From: a virus
DNA: 64,000 nt
Direction: 5' to 3' (one strand)
IMG/VR virus record: IMGVR_UViG_3300009788_000003
Location: 25,324 to 89,323 of that record
Each line of letters opens with the position of its first letter. The stretch's first letter is position 1. The position numbers were made by a program, and so were the translations under genes. Below the pieces are notes generated by a model. That model had not been told where the DNA came from and made no database searches. It saw only the letters and a program-made list of their open reading frames with translations. This document shows positions 28,520-37,874 of the stretch, one piece after another.

Positions 28520-29537
28520 AAATAAATCCAAAGAAAAATAGTCCTGCTGTGCTGAACCAATACACCCCCAAAACCATCATAATAATAAAAGGGTGATTGG
28601 CGTAATCAACTCTCTTGACCATGTATACGTGAATCGCATACAAGATAAAAATAGTCAGGACAATGTAAAATTTAATTTCCATTATGCTGTCCTGACTACA
28701 ACCCTGTAAGGTCTCGGATTCGGGCGCATATCAACTTCGAATCTGACATTGTACCCAAGGCTTTCCATCTCTGAGATGTAAGCACTGGTAGCAGTCCAAG
28801 TTGAAAAGAATTTACTGGTTGTCATCTAGTACACCTTGTTAGAAAGAATAATAATTTTGGTTGTGATAGGGTCAGTTGCATTCTCAGGAACTTCAACCCC
28901 TTCAATTAAATCTGCATATTCAACAACCCACCTTTCAACATCAAAAGTCCAAAGTCCATTTGTATAAACTGAACTATCATGGGCATAAGTGATGGGGGCA
29001 AGTCTGTAATCTTCTTCAGCAGAAGTGAAATGAAAATATCCGTGACCTTTTATCAGTTCAACCTTGTGACCGAACTTCTTCAGGATTGCAGCAGCAACAT
29101 TTTTCTTAGTAGCTTTCATTATGCTGCCTTCCTGATTGCTAATTCCATCCCACAATAATTAACTTCATCGGCATAGTAACCTGCTTTAGAACCTTCAGGA
29201 TTTGCTCTCATTGCTTCATAAGCATCCTTCATAATATAACGCAGGGAATCATCAGATTTATTTTTCAGACTGATGGGATATGTTCTGTGGTTGATGTTTA
29301 CTATGACCATGATTATTTAACTCCGTAAAGTCTAAGAGTAGCGGCACAAACAGGAACTTCATAAAGAGTGATTCCAAATTTGCGAACAGCGATTCCTGCT
29401 TGATGTGCTTCAGGATGCTTCTTGCAAATGCGCTGAGCTAAACGATGAGTTGTAACAGTTCTCCAATGCTTGAAACCCGCAACTGCAAAAAGTCCTACCG
29501 GGATTTGAAGGCTTAAAAAGATGATTACTGTTTCCAT
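28520..29537 (-). other. Early cassette of short hypothetical ORFs
   Basis: Coupled ORFs 29313-29537, 29119-29310, 28826-29119 and smaller ones, behind the promoter at 29571-29598. Confidence 0.55.
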
Positions 29538-29570
29538 TTTCTGTCTCGTGTTGTTTGTTTCTATACCTTA

Positions 29571-29623
29571 ATTATAGCACTCTACTATTATTTGTCAGGA
29601 TTATCGGTGTGACTTAGTTCACA
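29571..29623 (-). promoter_or_regulatory. Promoter CTGACA-16-TATAAT with an upstream CRP-consensus site
   Basis: TGTGA-CTTAGT-TCACA at 29608-29623. Confidence 0.65.
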
Positions 29624-29928
29624 TTTCGGCAAAAAAAGAGGGGCATTTCAGCCCCCCAAAAACACGCTCTTCTACGTGATTCAATCCTTCAATAAATCTA
29701 AACAAGCACGGGGTTTTAAATAACCGTCTACATCCCGCAATTCCTTATCCAGAGTAAACCCCATAGAACAAGTTGCGTGTCCACCATAGTTATCAAAGAA
29801 CTGACAGTGGGGGGAATTCTGCCCCGTAAGCTTGCAGCAATGTGTGCTGTCAGGAACCAAGATTTTCAGGTTCACCATTTTGTATCCGTTATTCAAATTT
29901 AGTGCTTCACTCATTTTTATTTCCTCCA

Positions 29929-30609
29929 TTATTTTATCCAATAAACTAGAACGTACCTTTCCCCCTCAGTAACAGGATTTGCCCTATGACACTGAATAGG
30001 GTTCCCAGAAAAAAGAAGAGCATGACCCTTCGGTATTTCAATTTTCGTTTCTGGATGTCTCACGAAAGACATTTCCCCGCCCTTAAAACCATCATTCAAA
30101 TTAACCGAAACAGATAGCAAGGAAGTTTTATCATGATGCATATCCATACTTCGATATCCAACTTGAGTTGTGTACTTAATCAGGAAACACTTGATAGCTT
30201 TTTCTGCTACATACCCGAACAACCCCTTGTACAAAGAATTCAAAATCCAGAGACAAATAAAATCTTCGTGATAACTATTAATCCACGGATTCATTTTCTT
30301 CAAGTGAGTTTCGAATGCAGCATATCCATCTTTATTATCGAAGCACCACTTGTCAGCTTCGTTACCTTTCTCAATCAGCCAGTCACAATATTCATCTGAG
30401 AAAAGGGGAACTAAAAAAGTGTAGGGTAGTGGTTCCTGTATTTGGGTTAGAATCTTGCTGCCCTCATGAATGACCCCAAACGGATTAAAAATATTTTCCC
30501 AATCTGGATGCAGCATTTCGGGGGTAGGTCTCCAATTCCAAGAATCAGGAATGTCAGTGGGCAACCATTTATCCACTGCTTTAATTATGTTGCCCCGAAA
30601 TTTACTCAT
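29929..30609 (-). CDS. 2-oxoglutarate/Fe(II)-dependent oxygenase
   Basis: HxD (MHHD), distal His (CHRA), RYVLV and FKGGEM. Confidence 0.88.
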   Translation of the reverse strand: MSKFRGNIIKAVDKWLPTDIPDSWNWRPTPEMLHPDWENIFNPFGVIHEGSKILTQIQEPLPYTFLVPLFSDEYCDWLIEKGNEADKWCFDNKDGYAAFETHLKKMNPWINSYHEDFICLWILNSLYKGLFGYVAEKAIKCFLIKYTTQVGYRSMDMHHDKTSLLSVSVNLNDGFKGGEMSFVRHPETKIEIPKGHALLFSGNPIQCHRANPVTEGERYVLVYWIK

Positions 30610-33600
30610 TTTTTTCTGTCTTCAAATTGAGAAGGGTGAAATAATCTCCTTACCGCTTCAAATGTTTGATAGGGATTATTCTTGTGGCTATCTTCCATTG
30701 CTTGCTTTATTTCATCGGCAATAGGAACCCCACTACCATCTTGAAACTCCCACACCATTGTTTTAGAATTTAATTTTCTACCGCGCCAGTAACTACCGTG
30801 TTTTGTCATTATGAATTTCTGTGTGGGATGCTTTCCGCAAGTTCATAATCGAAGTCCACAAATGCTGCCTTCAGAAATTCTTTAACATGACCTTCATTAT
30901 TAAAGATTCTGGAATCCTCATGTGGAAGATCACGAATTGCAGTTTTGTATGTGACTTGAATAAAGTTCAATCCATAGACACTGATTGTCCCATCCAATAT
31001 TTTTGCTTTGCAGAAGGTAAGGGTTCTGAGTTTCCCATCGAAGTTTTCAATACAACCATAAACTTCATTCAGTCCAACCTCATTACAAAATTCAAACAGC
31101 CTTGTTGATAAATCTTTCCTTGCGCTCATATTCTATCCCCGGTAAGTGATACTAAGTTCAAATTATTTTCTCTCGTATGGTTCACCACAGTACAGGCAAT
31201 TATCCATTTCAGGGTCTTCCCCTTCATCATAAACACACAAGGGAAAAGGATTCTGATGTTGGTACTTCTCACATTCCCATCCATCCGCAGGATACATAAT
31301 CCACTGTTTCCGATCTGGAAAATCTCTGCCCACAACACATTTAACGATGTTTGCAATCTGATCATTTAACCCATTCACTTTCTTTTGAATGGTAATCAAT
31401 TTAGCATCAAGTCGTTTTACCTGAACTTCCATATCCACAACTAATTTCCCTGCTTTCCTTTTTGTTATCATCTGCTCTGCCCCAATTGAATATTGATCAC
31501 AGCAAGATCATTCATCAGAGTTTTTTTAACCCCCTCAAGATCGTCTATTTTTTGCAACACCCTGTTAATCTCTTCCAACGTGAAAGAAATAACAGGCTCT
31601 TCCATAGTGGCAATTGCATCTGCCCGTTTGTGTACAATCAGATTTAGTATGTCCATTCAATGCCTCAACGGAAATTGAGCATTCCATTCCTTCCAGTGCT
31701 CTAAAGAAAATTCTTCTATTCGTGTGTAGGCTTCCCGCATTTGTTTCAACGTCAATTCAGAAACCATAATATCTAAACCCGTACAAAATGAATTGGCATC
31801 AAACTTCATTGACCAACCCGTGAAAAACGTGACATCGAAAGTCATAGACAGATAATGAAAATCCAGTTTTTGAATTAAATCCAGACACCCATCTTTGTCT
31901 ATTCGTTGATTAAATGAATGGGCAGTTTCAATATTGTAGTTCATCATTAAATCTCCGAACTCACTTCATCAAATGCCTGAATCGCAGTTTCAAAAGTGCT
32001 GATATTCATTTGAAGGTAAACACGGTATTCCCGGTCTACCCTATTATGACAATTAGCAGGGATTCTCTCCAACTCTAATTGCATTTCAGATAATTTGTTT
32101 CGTGCCTCTCCGACACCCATTCTTACTTCAGTCATCACTGACCCCCATTAAGTTTTTGGCATATCTTCGTAACGCACCAAGTTCCTTCGATACATCTTCA
32201 TGAGATTTGCGATAAACAGTACCACCCGCAAACCCTTGTATTTCAAGTTCCAACTTTTTCAAACGCTCAGCCAATTCCTGAATCATATCGTACTCTTCTG
32301 AATCACAGTTTTCTTGTCCTGCCATATCGAAAGCACGGGTTGTTAGTTTGCTCATCCTAATTTACTCCACCATAAAATTTCAGTGAAACAGGTTGCTAAC
32401 CCGTATTCTTTTTTAGCATGTTCAGCAGTTTCATTTGTCAAAGTCTCAATCCCAATATCAGACTGCGGGGTTATCCGGTCTTTGATTACCAAATTTCCAT
32501 ACCCCTGAACAAGCGTGGAATCTTCGAAACCCATTCTGCCTGTGTAATGATAACTCACAAACAAATCACTCATAATTTATCCTGATGATGTGAAATACAA
32601 TCCTGCTCAGTTTCAAAAACAAGTTCTCTGCCTGACAGGGGTAAATCAATTCTCATTCTCCCTGCCAATCTCACAAAAGCATTTGCGCTTCCCTTTATTA
32701 GCATGTGTCCCGCGCACTGTAATTTTGTATTTTTGTGACACACAAAAGAATCTTCTGCCAGAATTTCAGGCATACGATTAAGCCAACCCTTCATGCAATC
32801 AGTTCTGAACGGGCAATCTTTACAAGGCTTTCTTACATGCGGTAATTTAGTCATCTCTTTTTTCCAACCACCAGAACAATGCCGCAAGTGCAAACGCACC
32901 AATCCCGCAAATAACAAAAGCAACAGGAATTAGATAGTAGTCTGGGTTCATGATAATTTCTTTAGCCCCCAATCCGTTTTAATCTGATTGGTAAGATTCT
33001 TGACTGCGGCAATTCTTTGTTGATACTCAATCCGAACAACTCCAAGTTCCTTAGCCAAAACATTAAGGGCTTCCATTCGTGGGTCTTCCGTGAGCCTAGT
33101 GCAATCCGTACCACAAGATTTACACACAGGGGTATCTGGGAACCCATCATCTGTTTTCGGGTACTCCCGGTCTGAACTAAAATCCCCACATTCGGGGCAA
33201 TAGAATCTTTCTGCCATGTTATCCCCCAAGTTCCTTAATCCATTCTTTCTTCTTCACAATGGAGTTTTCAAGACAAACAATAGTTTCGGAATCGCGCAGC
33301 GTCATATCATTCAATTCTTCCAACCTGCTTTGCAAGCGAATCAAATCAAGTTTGGCTTTGTCAAGTTTAGAAAATTCGGTTGTCATTTCTCTAGCCTTTG
33401 CTTTCTTTCCACTGTGTAAGTAGATTCCAGTTTGACAAGTATATGTCCTGATTCGTTAATCAGATTTTCAAACTGGTCATCTATATTCTCTAGGTCATCA
33501 GGAAGGGTTTCATACGCACCCACATATCGGGCTTTGGTACGGGCAACCCCAATACCAACTTCTACTAATGTATCTGCCTTATCAAGAACTGCCCACACTT

Positions 33601-34573
33601 CATCAGTCATATAGTTAGAAGTGGTGATGACTTCTTGGGTCTTCAGTAATTTTCCCACGGTTATACTCCTGTACTTTGGTCATTAAAAAATCTATTCGGT
33701 TCTGCTTCCAGACATCCCGATTATTATCACGGGGATTAATTAGCCGTATAAGAACATCAGCATCAATACGATCAGCAAATTGCTTTGCATGTATCTCTGC
33801 TGCTTCTTCAAAAATTTCTTCGTGTCGTTGTTTTTTTTTCACTGATTTAAGGATTGCCGCAATTAAGCGGCTACCTATCCCCCATCCGAATTTCTCTGCC
33901 CACTTCATGAAGGTAAACCCAAAGCCCCCCGCATTTCTTTTCGGGCATCTTTTTTACCTGCTGCAACACCCCGATTAACCATCTTCGCAAACTTTTCCAA
34001 ATCTGCGTGATCGATAAAATTTAAAGGTGCGCTCCAAGTCGAATCGAACTGCCCATTAATCCAAAGTTCAAGATCGTAATCACCTTGATTGTTTCGCTTC
34101 GGATTGAATTTAATTTCACACGCACTCATGACAGTTCACGCTTTGCGGATTTGCGGCAAGCTTTGTTGGCAATACGCTTTTGTACAGGCTTGGCAGTTCT
34201 GCCCCAAGTACCTGCTTTGCGTCTGCCTAGTTTTTTAACGGTATTCGCGTTCATAAAACCTCCTAGTCAATATAACCCTATACTATATAGAGATATTTGT
34301 CAATCAGAATCTATCGATATTATCCTCAATAGATTTTTCAATTTGTTCATCGATGTCAGCCCACAAATCTTTGCTGTCGGCTATCTTGTGAAGCCACTTA
34401 GCTTCCCCCTTCTTAGGGTATCCATTGCGGTCTTTCAAATTGTATTCCATTTCAGTATAACCGTAACAGTCAACATCACTATCAGCTTGCATTCCCTGCG
34501 GGGCAACGTGAATATAACTAGTCAGTTCTGCCAGAGCAGGAATACCATTTACATTAATTTTAAAAGTATCCAT
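30606..34573 (-). other. Array of about 17 short, tightly coupled hypothetical ORFs, including a DUF6283-like ORF at 32570-32854
   Basis: Overlapping ATGA/TAATG junctions; PCKDCPFR...FVCHK...CAG motif; several CxxC ORFs. Confidence 0.6.
34126..34254 (-). CDS. 42-aa highly basic peptide (not in the ORF track)
   Basis: MNANTVKKLGRRKAGTWGRTAKPVQKRIANKACRKSAKRELS; GGAGG RBS; upstream TTGACAAATA promoter. Confidence 0.6.
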   Translation of the reverse strand: MNANTVKKLGRRKAGTWGRTAKPVQKRIANKACRKSAKRELS

Positions 34574-34605
34574 TGGTTAAGTATAACACACTATAGAATT
34601 ATTTG

Positions 34606-35040
34606 TCAGTTTATTTTTCGCATTCTGTAAACTTCTTTTACGGTCTTCCCGGCTTGTGGGGAAAAAGCAGTTGATACTTTGTGCTTGCTGAAGGTGTCTA
34701 TGAACAGCCCACCCTGCACGGCAACATAGTGACCAGTGACATACACCACATAAATTTCTGGGTCATCAACGTCAAGCCCATGCATGAATTCCTTCAACCG
34801 CATCTTCGGATTTTCCGCATGATGATAGGTGGTGAAAGATCGCCACCCTAATAACAAGAAAGCTTTTCGCAGTTCCCACGGTTGCACCGAACAGACCCCC
34901 CGTGTATCGGGTCTAAGTTTTGCGCGATTGATTGCCGTGCGAATTACATCGAAGGTTTCCCCTGTGGTTGCTGCCATTACATAAGGCCCACAATACCACT
35001 TGCCTTTTTCTCTCGCAGGGACGTTCATTAATTTATTCAT
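34606..35040 (-). CDS. Papain / C39-like cysteine peptidase-fold protein
   Basis: WYCGPYVMA...GHYVAV...FID, a putative Cys-His-Asp triad. Confidence 0.5.
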   Translation of the reverse strand: MNKLMNVPAREKGKWYCGPYVMAATTGETFDVIRTAINRAKLRPDTRGVCSVQPWELRKAFLLLGWRSFTTYHHAENPKMRLKEFMHGLDVDDPEIYVVYVTGHYVAVQGGLFIDTFSKHKVSTAFSPQAGKTVKEVYRMRKIN

Positions 35041-35326
35041 ATCGTGTCCTATGCTCTGAGTGCAACTTTCGCACTCTTGGTAATTCCAAAATTCTTCCCG
35101 CACTTGCGAAGTGCCTTCTTCGCTTTATTAGTGGGGTAGTCGATGACCGTGTATCGGGAATCAAGTCTGACCTTTCTGATTCGCATTCCTGAAGAGTCAG
35201 GATAGATGACCCCAATAAATTTATGACCGACACTGACCACTAAGCCAGTTCGATAACCTTCATCTTCATGAAGTCTTATAACTGAGTCTTTCATATTCGT
35301 GTCTCGTATTTGTTTGCTGAATCATC

Positions 35327-35355
35327 ATTATACCACATCTAAATATATTTGTCAG
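35327..35355 (-). promoter_or_regulatory. Leftward promoter CTGACA-17-TATAAT (divergent pair)
   Basis: Extended -10 TGgTATAAT and a CAAA leader before the ORF at 35049-35294. Confidence 0.75.
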
Positions 35356-35441
35356 TTTTATTTTTTCGGGATTTCTCTGCAAACACCCAATCAGCCTGTC
35401 TATCAGCCCTAAAAATAATTGAAATTAATTTCATAAATCGC

Positions 35442-35469
35442 TTGACAAATAATACGTGTGTGCTATTAT
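35442..35469 (+). promoter_or_regulatory. Rightward promoter TTGACA-16-TATTAT driving the structured RNA
   Basis: TTGACAAATAATACGTGTGTGCTATTAT with an AT-rich UP element upstream. Confidence 0.8.
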
Positions 35470-35475
35470 TAAGGT

Positions 35476-36337
35476 GTAAGTTAAGTAATGTGAGATTGAA
35501 ACGGGGAAGGTCAGAATCCTCATTCGCAAGAATCATCGACTGACCGGACTCACCCCCTGATAGGCAGGTGGGTACATTGAACAGGAAGTTTAGTGGTCTC
35601 ACACTACTTAATTTACCACGGAAGAACGAATCGCTCATAAGCCAATAGGAACGGACAAGGGTAACGGGAGTAACCCAGATTAATATTCCCACCAAATTTG
35701 TTTTAATGTACGAGAAGGGTTAGCAGGGTTCGATTCCCTGCCAGTGTCACGAAGCTTCACCAGACCGGGTTTACCGGGGAAGGGCATTGAGAGAGTATTT
35801 TGGTACGGCTCCTTCTATTTTTTTTGAAAGTTCTTAGGTACTGCTAGTACATCCCGTTTCGATCACGGGTGAGACCTTAAGACTCTCAGTTAATCGGCAA
35901 CAGTCGAAGACGTTTGACACGAAGGTTGGAATCCTTCTGCTGAGAACTTTCAAAAAAATTTATGTCTTTGATGAACGGTTTTTGTCCTTGACTACTTTGG
36001 GGGGTTGAATATTGCCCTTGGAGCATGATACCTGAACGGATACGTTCTTGGGAATAGTTCCCGGCAATGCTAGACCAATAGTGGTAGGTTCGAACCCGAA
36101 GACCGTTCTTCAAAGACTTAAAGCGGAGCTAGGGCATCAGGAATGGCTTAAGACTGAACTGATGTACGTGACTGTTCTGGGTTGACAGGTGCATTCTACC
36201 GAAATTGAATGACCGCAAACGGGATTGCAGGTTATCGTATAACCACTTTTCTAGACCCCTCGATTTAGAGCTTGCTTCAATCCGATGATGCACATCGAAC
36301 AATACGTGCTAGGTGAAATGAGGCAAGTTCTTTTTTT
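35476..36337 (+). ncRNA. Candidate large structured non-coding RNA (or RNA array) with tRNA-like T-arms
   Basis: No convincing sense-strand ORF; consecutive closing helices (35476-35497/35595-35616, 35819-35837/35940-35958, 35964-35984/36097-36117, 36268-36279/36319-36330 plus U-run); T-loop hairpins at 35723-35741, 35853-35869 and 35921-35937. Confidence 0.7.
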
Positions 36338-36354
36338 ACACTAGGAGGTAATAC

Positions 36355-36543
36355 ATGAACGTGGAGATATCTGAATTCGGGGAAACCCGCGAAGTTGAGA
36401 ACATCATTGAAATAAAGGTGACACCAACATTCTACGGGAATGGGGAATACAATTACACGCACGTTGCTTTGATTCACGATAAAAGTTTAAAGCACGAACC
36501 TGTCCTACTTAGGAACAGCGAAGATTACGTGTCAATCCGATGA
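36355..36543 (+). CDS. Hypothetical protein
   Basis: Strong AGGAGG RBS; ATGA-coupled to the next gene. Confidence 0.65.
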   Translation: MNVEISEFGETREVENIIEIKVTPTFYGNGEYNYTHVALIHDKSLKHEPVLLRNSEDYVSIR

Positions 36544-36830
36544 GCAAATTATTTGACCTTATCGAAGTAGCGAGAGCGTTGAAACCTGCTGAATGGGAAC
36601 CCTGCAATAATTGCGGGTGGTGTTGCCTTACCGAAGTTTGCCCTACCGGAATTGAATTTGGTGGCACGGCAAGCATACCCTGTAAATTTCTGGAATCAGA
36701 AGGTGATAAGCATTATTGCGGATTAGCGAAATTGAATATCCCGGTAATGAATGAACACCTGTCCATAGGTACAGGCTGTGATGCTCGTACCCAACAGGAA
36801 CAACTTGCAAGTCTGGGATTCACGATATGA
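36540..36830 (+). CDS. YkgJ-like Cys-cluster (Fe-S or Zn) protein
   Basis: CNNCGWCC...CP...CKFL...YCGL...GC. Confidence 0.7.
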   Translation: MSKLFDLIEVARALKPAEWEPCNNCGWCCLTEVCPTGIEFGGTASIPCKFLESEGDKHYCGLAKLNIPVMNEHLSIGTGCDARTQQEQLASLGFTI

Positions 36831-37054
36831 AGACCTACCGTATTCAAGATTTCTTCACGGGTAGACCGATACCCACCGAACAATATTTTATGGATGTCCA
36901 CCTGTTCGACACTCCCAAAACTATTGCCGCTGCAATCAACAATCTTCCCGGCCCGTGTATCAAGGTATCGGTTCGCCACGATGTAGGCAGAAAAGGCAGA
37001 CAGGAAGCGCGATTAGCAGGAATAAAATGTGGTGTTGAAATCGTTTTCACATAA
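36827..37054 (+). CDS. Hypothetical protein
   Basis: ATGA-coupled last gene of the plus-strand unit. Confidence 0.55.
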   Translation: MKTYRIQDFFTGRPIPTEQYFMDVHLFDTPKTIAAAINNLPGPCIKVSVRHDVGRKGRQEARLAGIKCGVEIVFT

Positions 37055-37874
37055 TGTTCTTTTTGCGCGAAAATTTTTCACGGAAATAAGCTCTATACCG
37101 TCCCACCAACGCTTTACACTCCCCTAGTTCACGCCTCAATCTGCGGATTTCTTTCACATCCACCTTAGCTTGCTGCTTCGCCCTGATTAACACACTTAAA
37201 TATGGGTCTGTCATAGACCGGATTATAACATCCGTTTTTTTGTGCGCGTAGGAAATCTGGCTATTATCTCATGTGATACTAAGATCAAACCAGACTAAGC
37301 CGAAAACGAGACCTGAAATATATATCAGAAAATTGAAATATATATAAGCCTCAAAAAACCTTAAAAATATCCAGAAAAACTATCCACAGGTGCTTTACCC
37401 GATTGATATTAATATCACCGACTAACTGAAAAAAAGTATATGGTATCCGAGACCGTTTAGGGACAAAAGAAAGAAAAAAGATTTGAAAATAATTTTCGAT
37501 TCACTTAAATAATATTTTTTATATTTTAATAATAAAAATTATGGGTTCCTGTGGGGGGGTCTACAGGGGGGGTCTCTTATACGCCTAATATCTCGTACAA
37601 TATACACAGCAGCACACCCCGCGCCCTTGACACCGCAGATTGTATGTGTGAAGTCAGCCCCCGGCCCACCCACGGAAGTATATCATATCCTTTATTATTT
37701 GTCAAGGCTATGTGTGTGACTTAGTTACTATATTTATTTGTCAAGATATGTTATCATACCGGGGCGGGTCAGGGGCTATCCCTGCCCTTATATTATTTGA
37801 TACTAAGTGCAATTAAGTGTTGACAAATAATAACTATTATGTTATCCTTACCGGGTGGGTCAGAGGGTACGCCC
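37055..37874. other. Non-coding region; candidate genome terminus / packaging site
   Basis: About 820 bp without ORFs next to terL. It holds an A-tract-rich block, two GGGGGGGTCT repeats, an imperfect direct repeat of about 35 bp, and promoters on both strands. Confidence 0.5.

Noticed and set aside
35476-36337. Canonical tRNA genes or a stop-suppressor tRNA
   Set aside because: T-arms are present, but I could not build a full cloverleaf with a D-arm, a 7-nt anticodon loop and a matching acceptor stem.
35339-36477. Minus-strand ORFs 35339-35695, 35886-36113 and 36277-36477
   Set aside because: No RBS or motifs; they overlap the promoters and the paired RNA region, which explains the sequence better.
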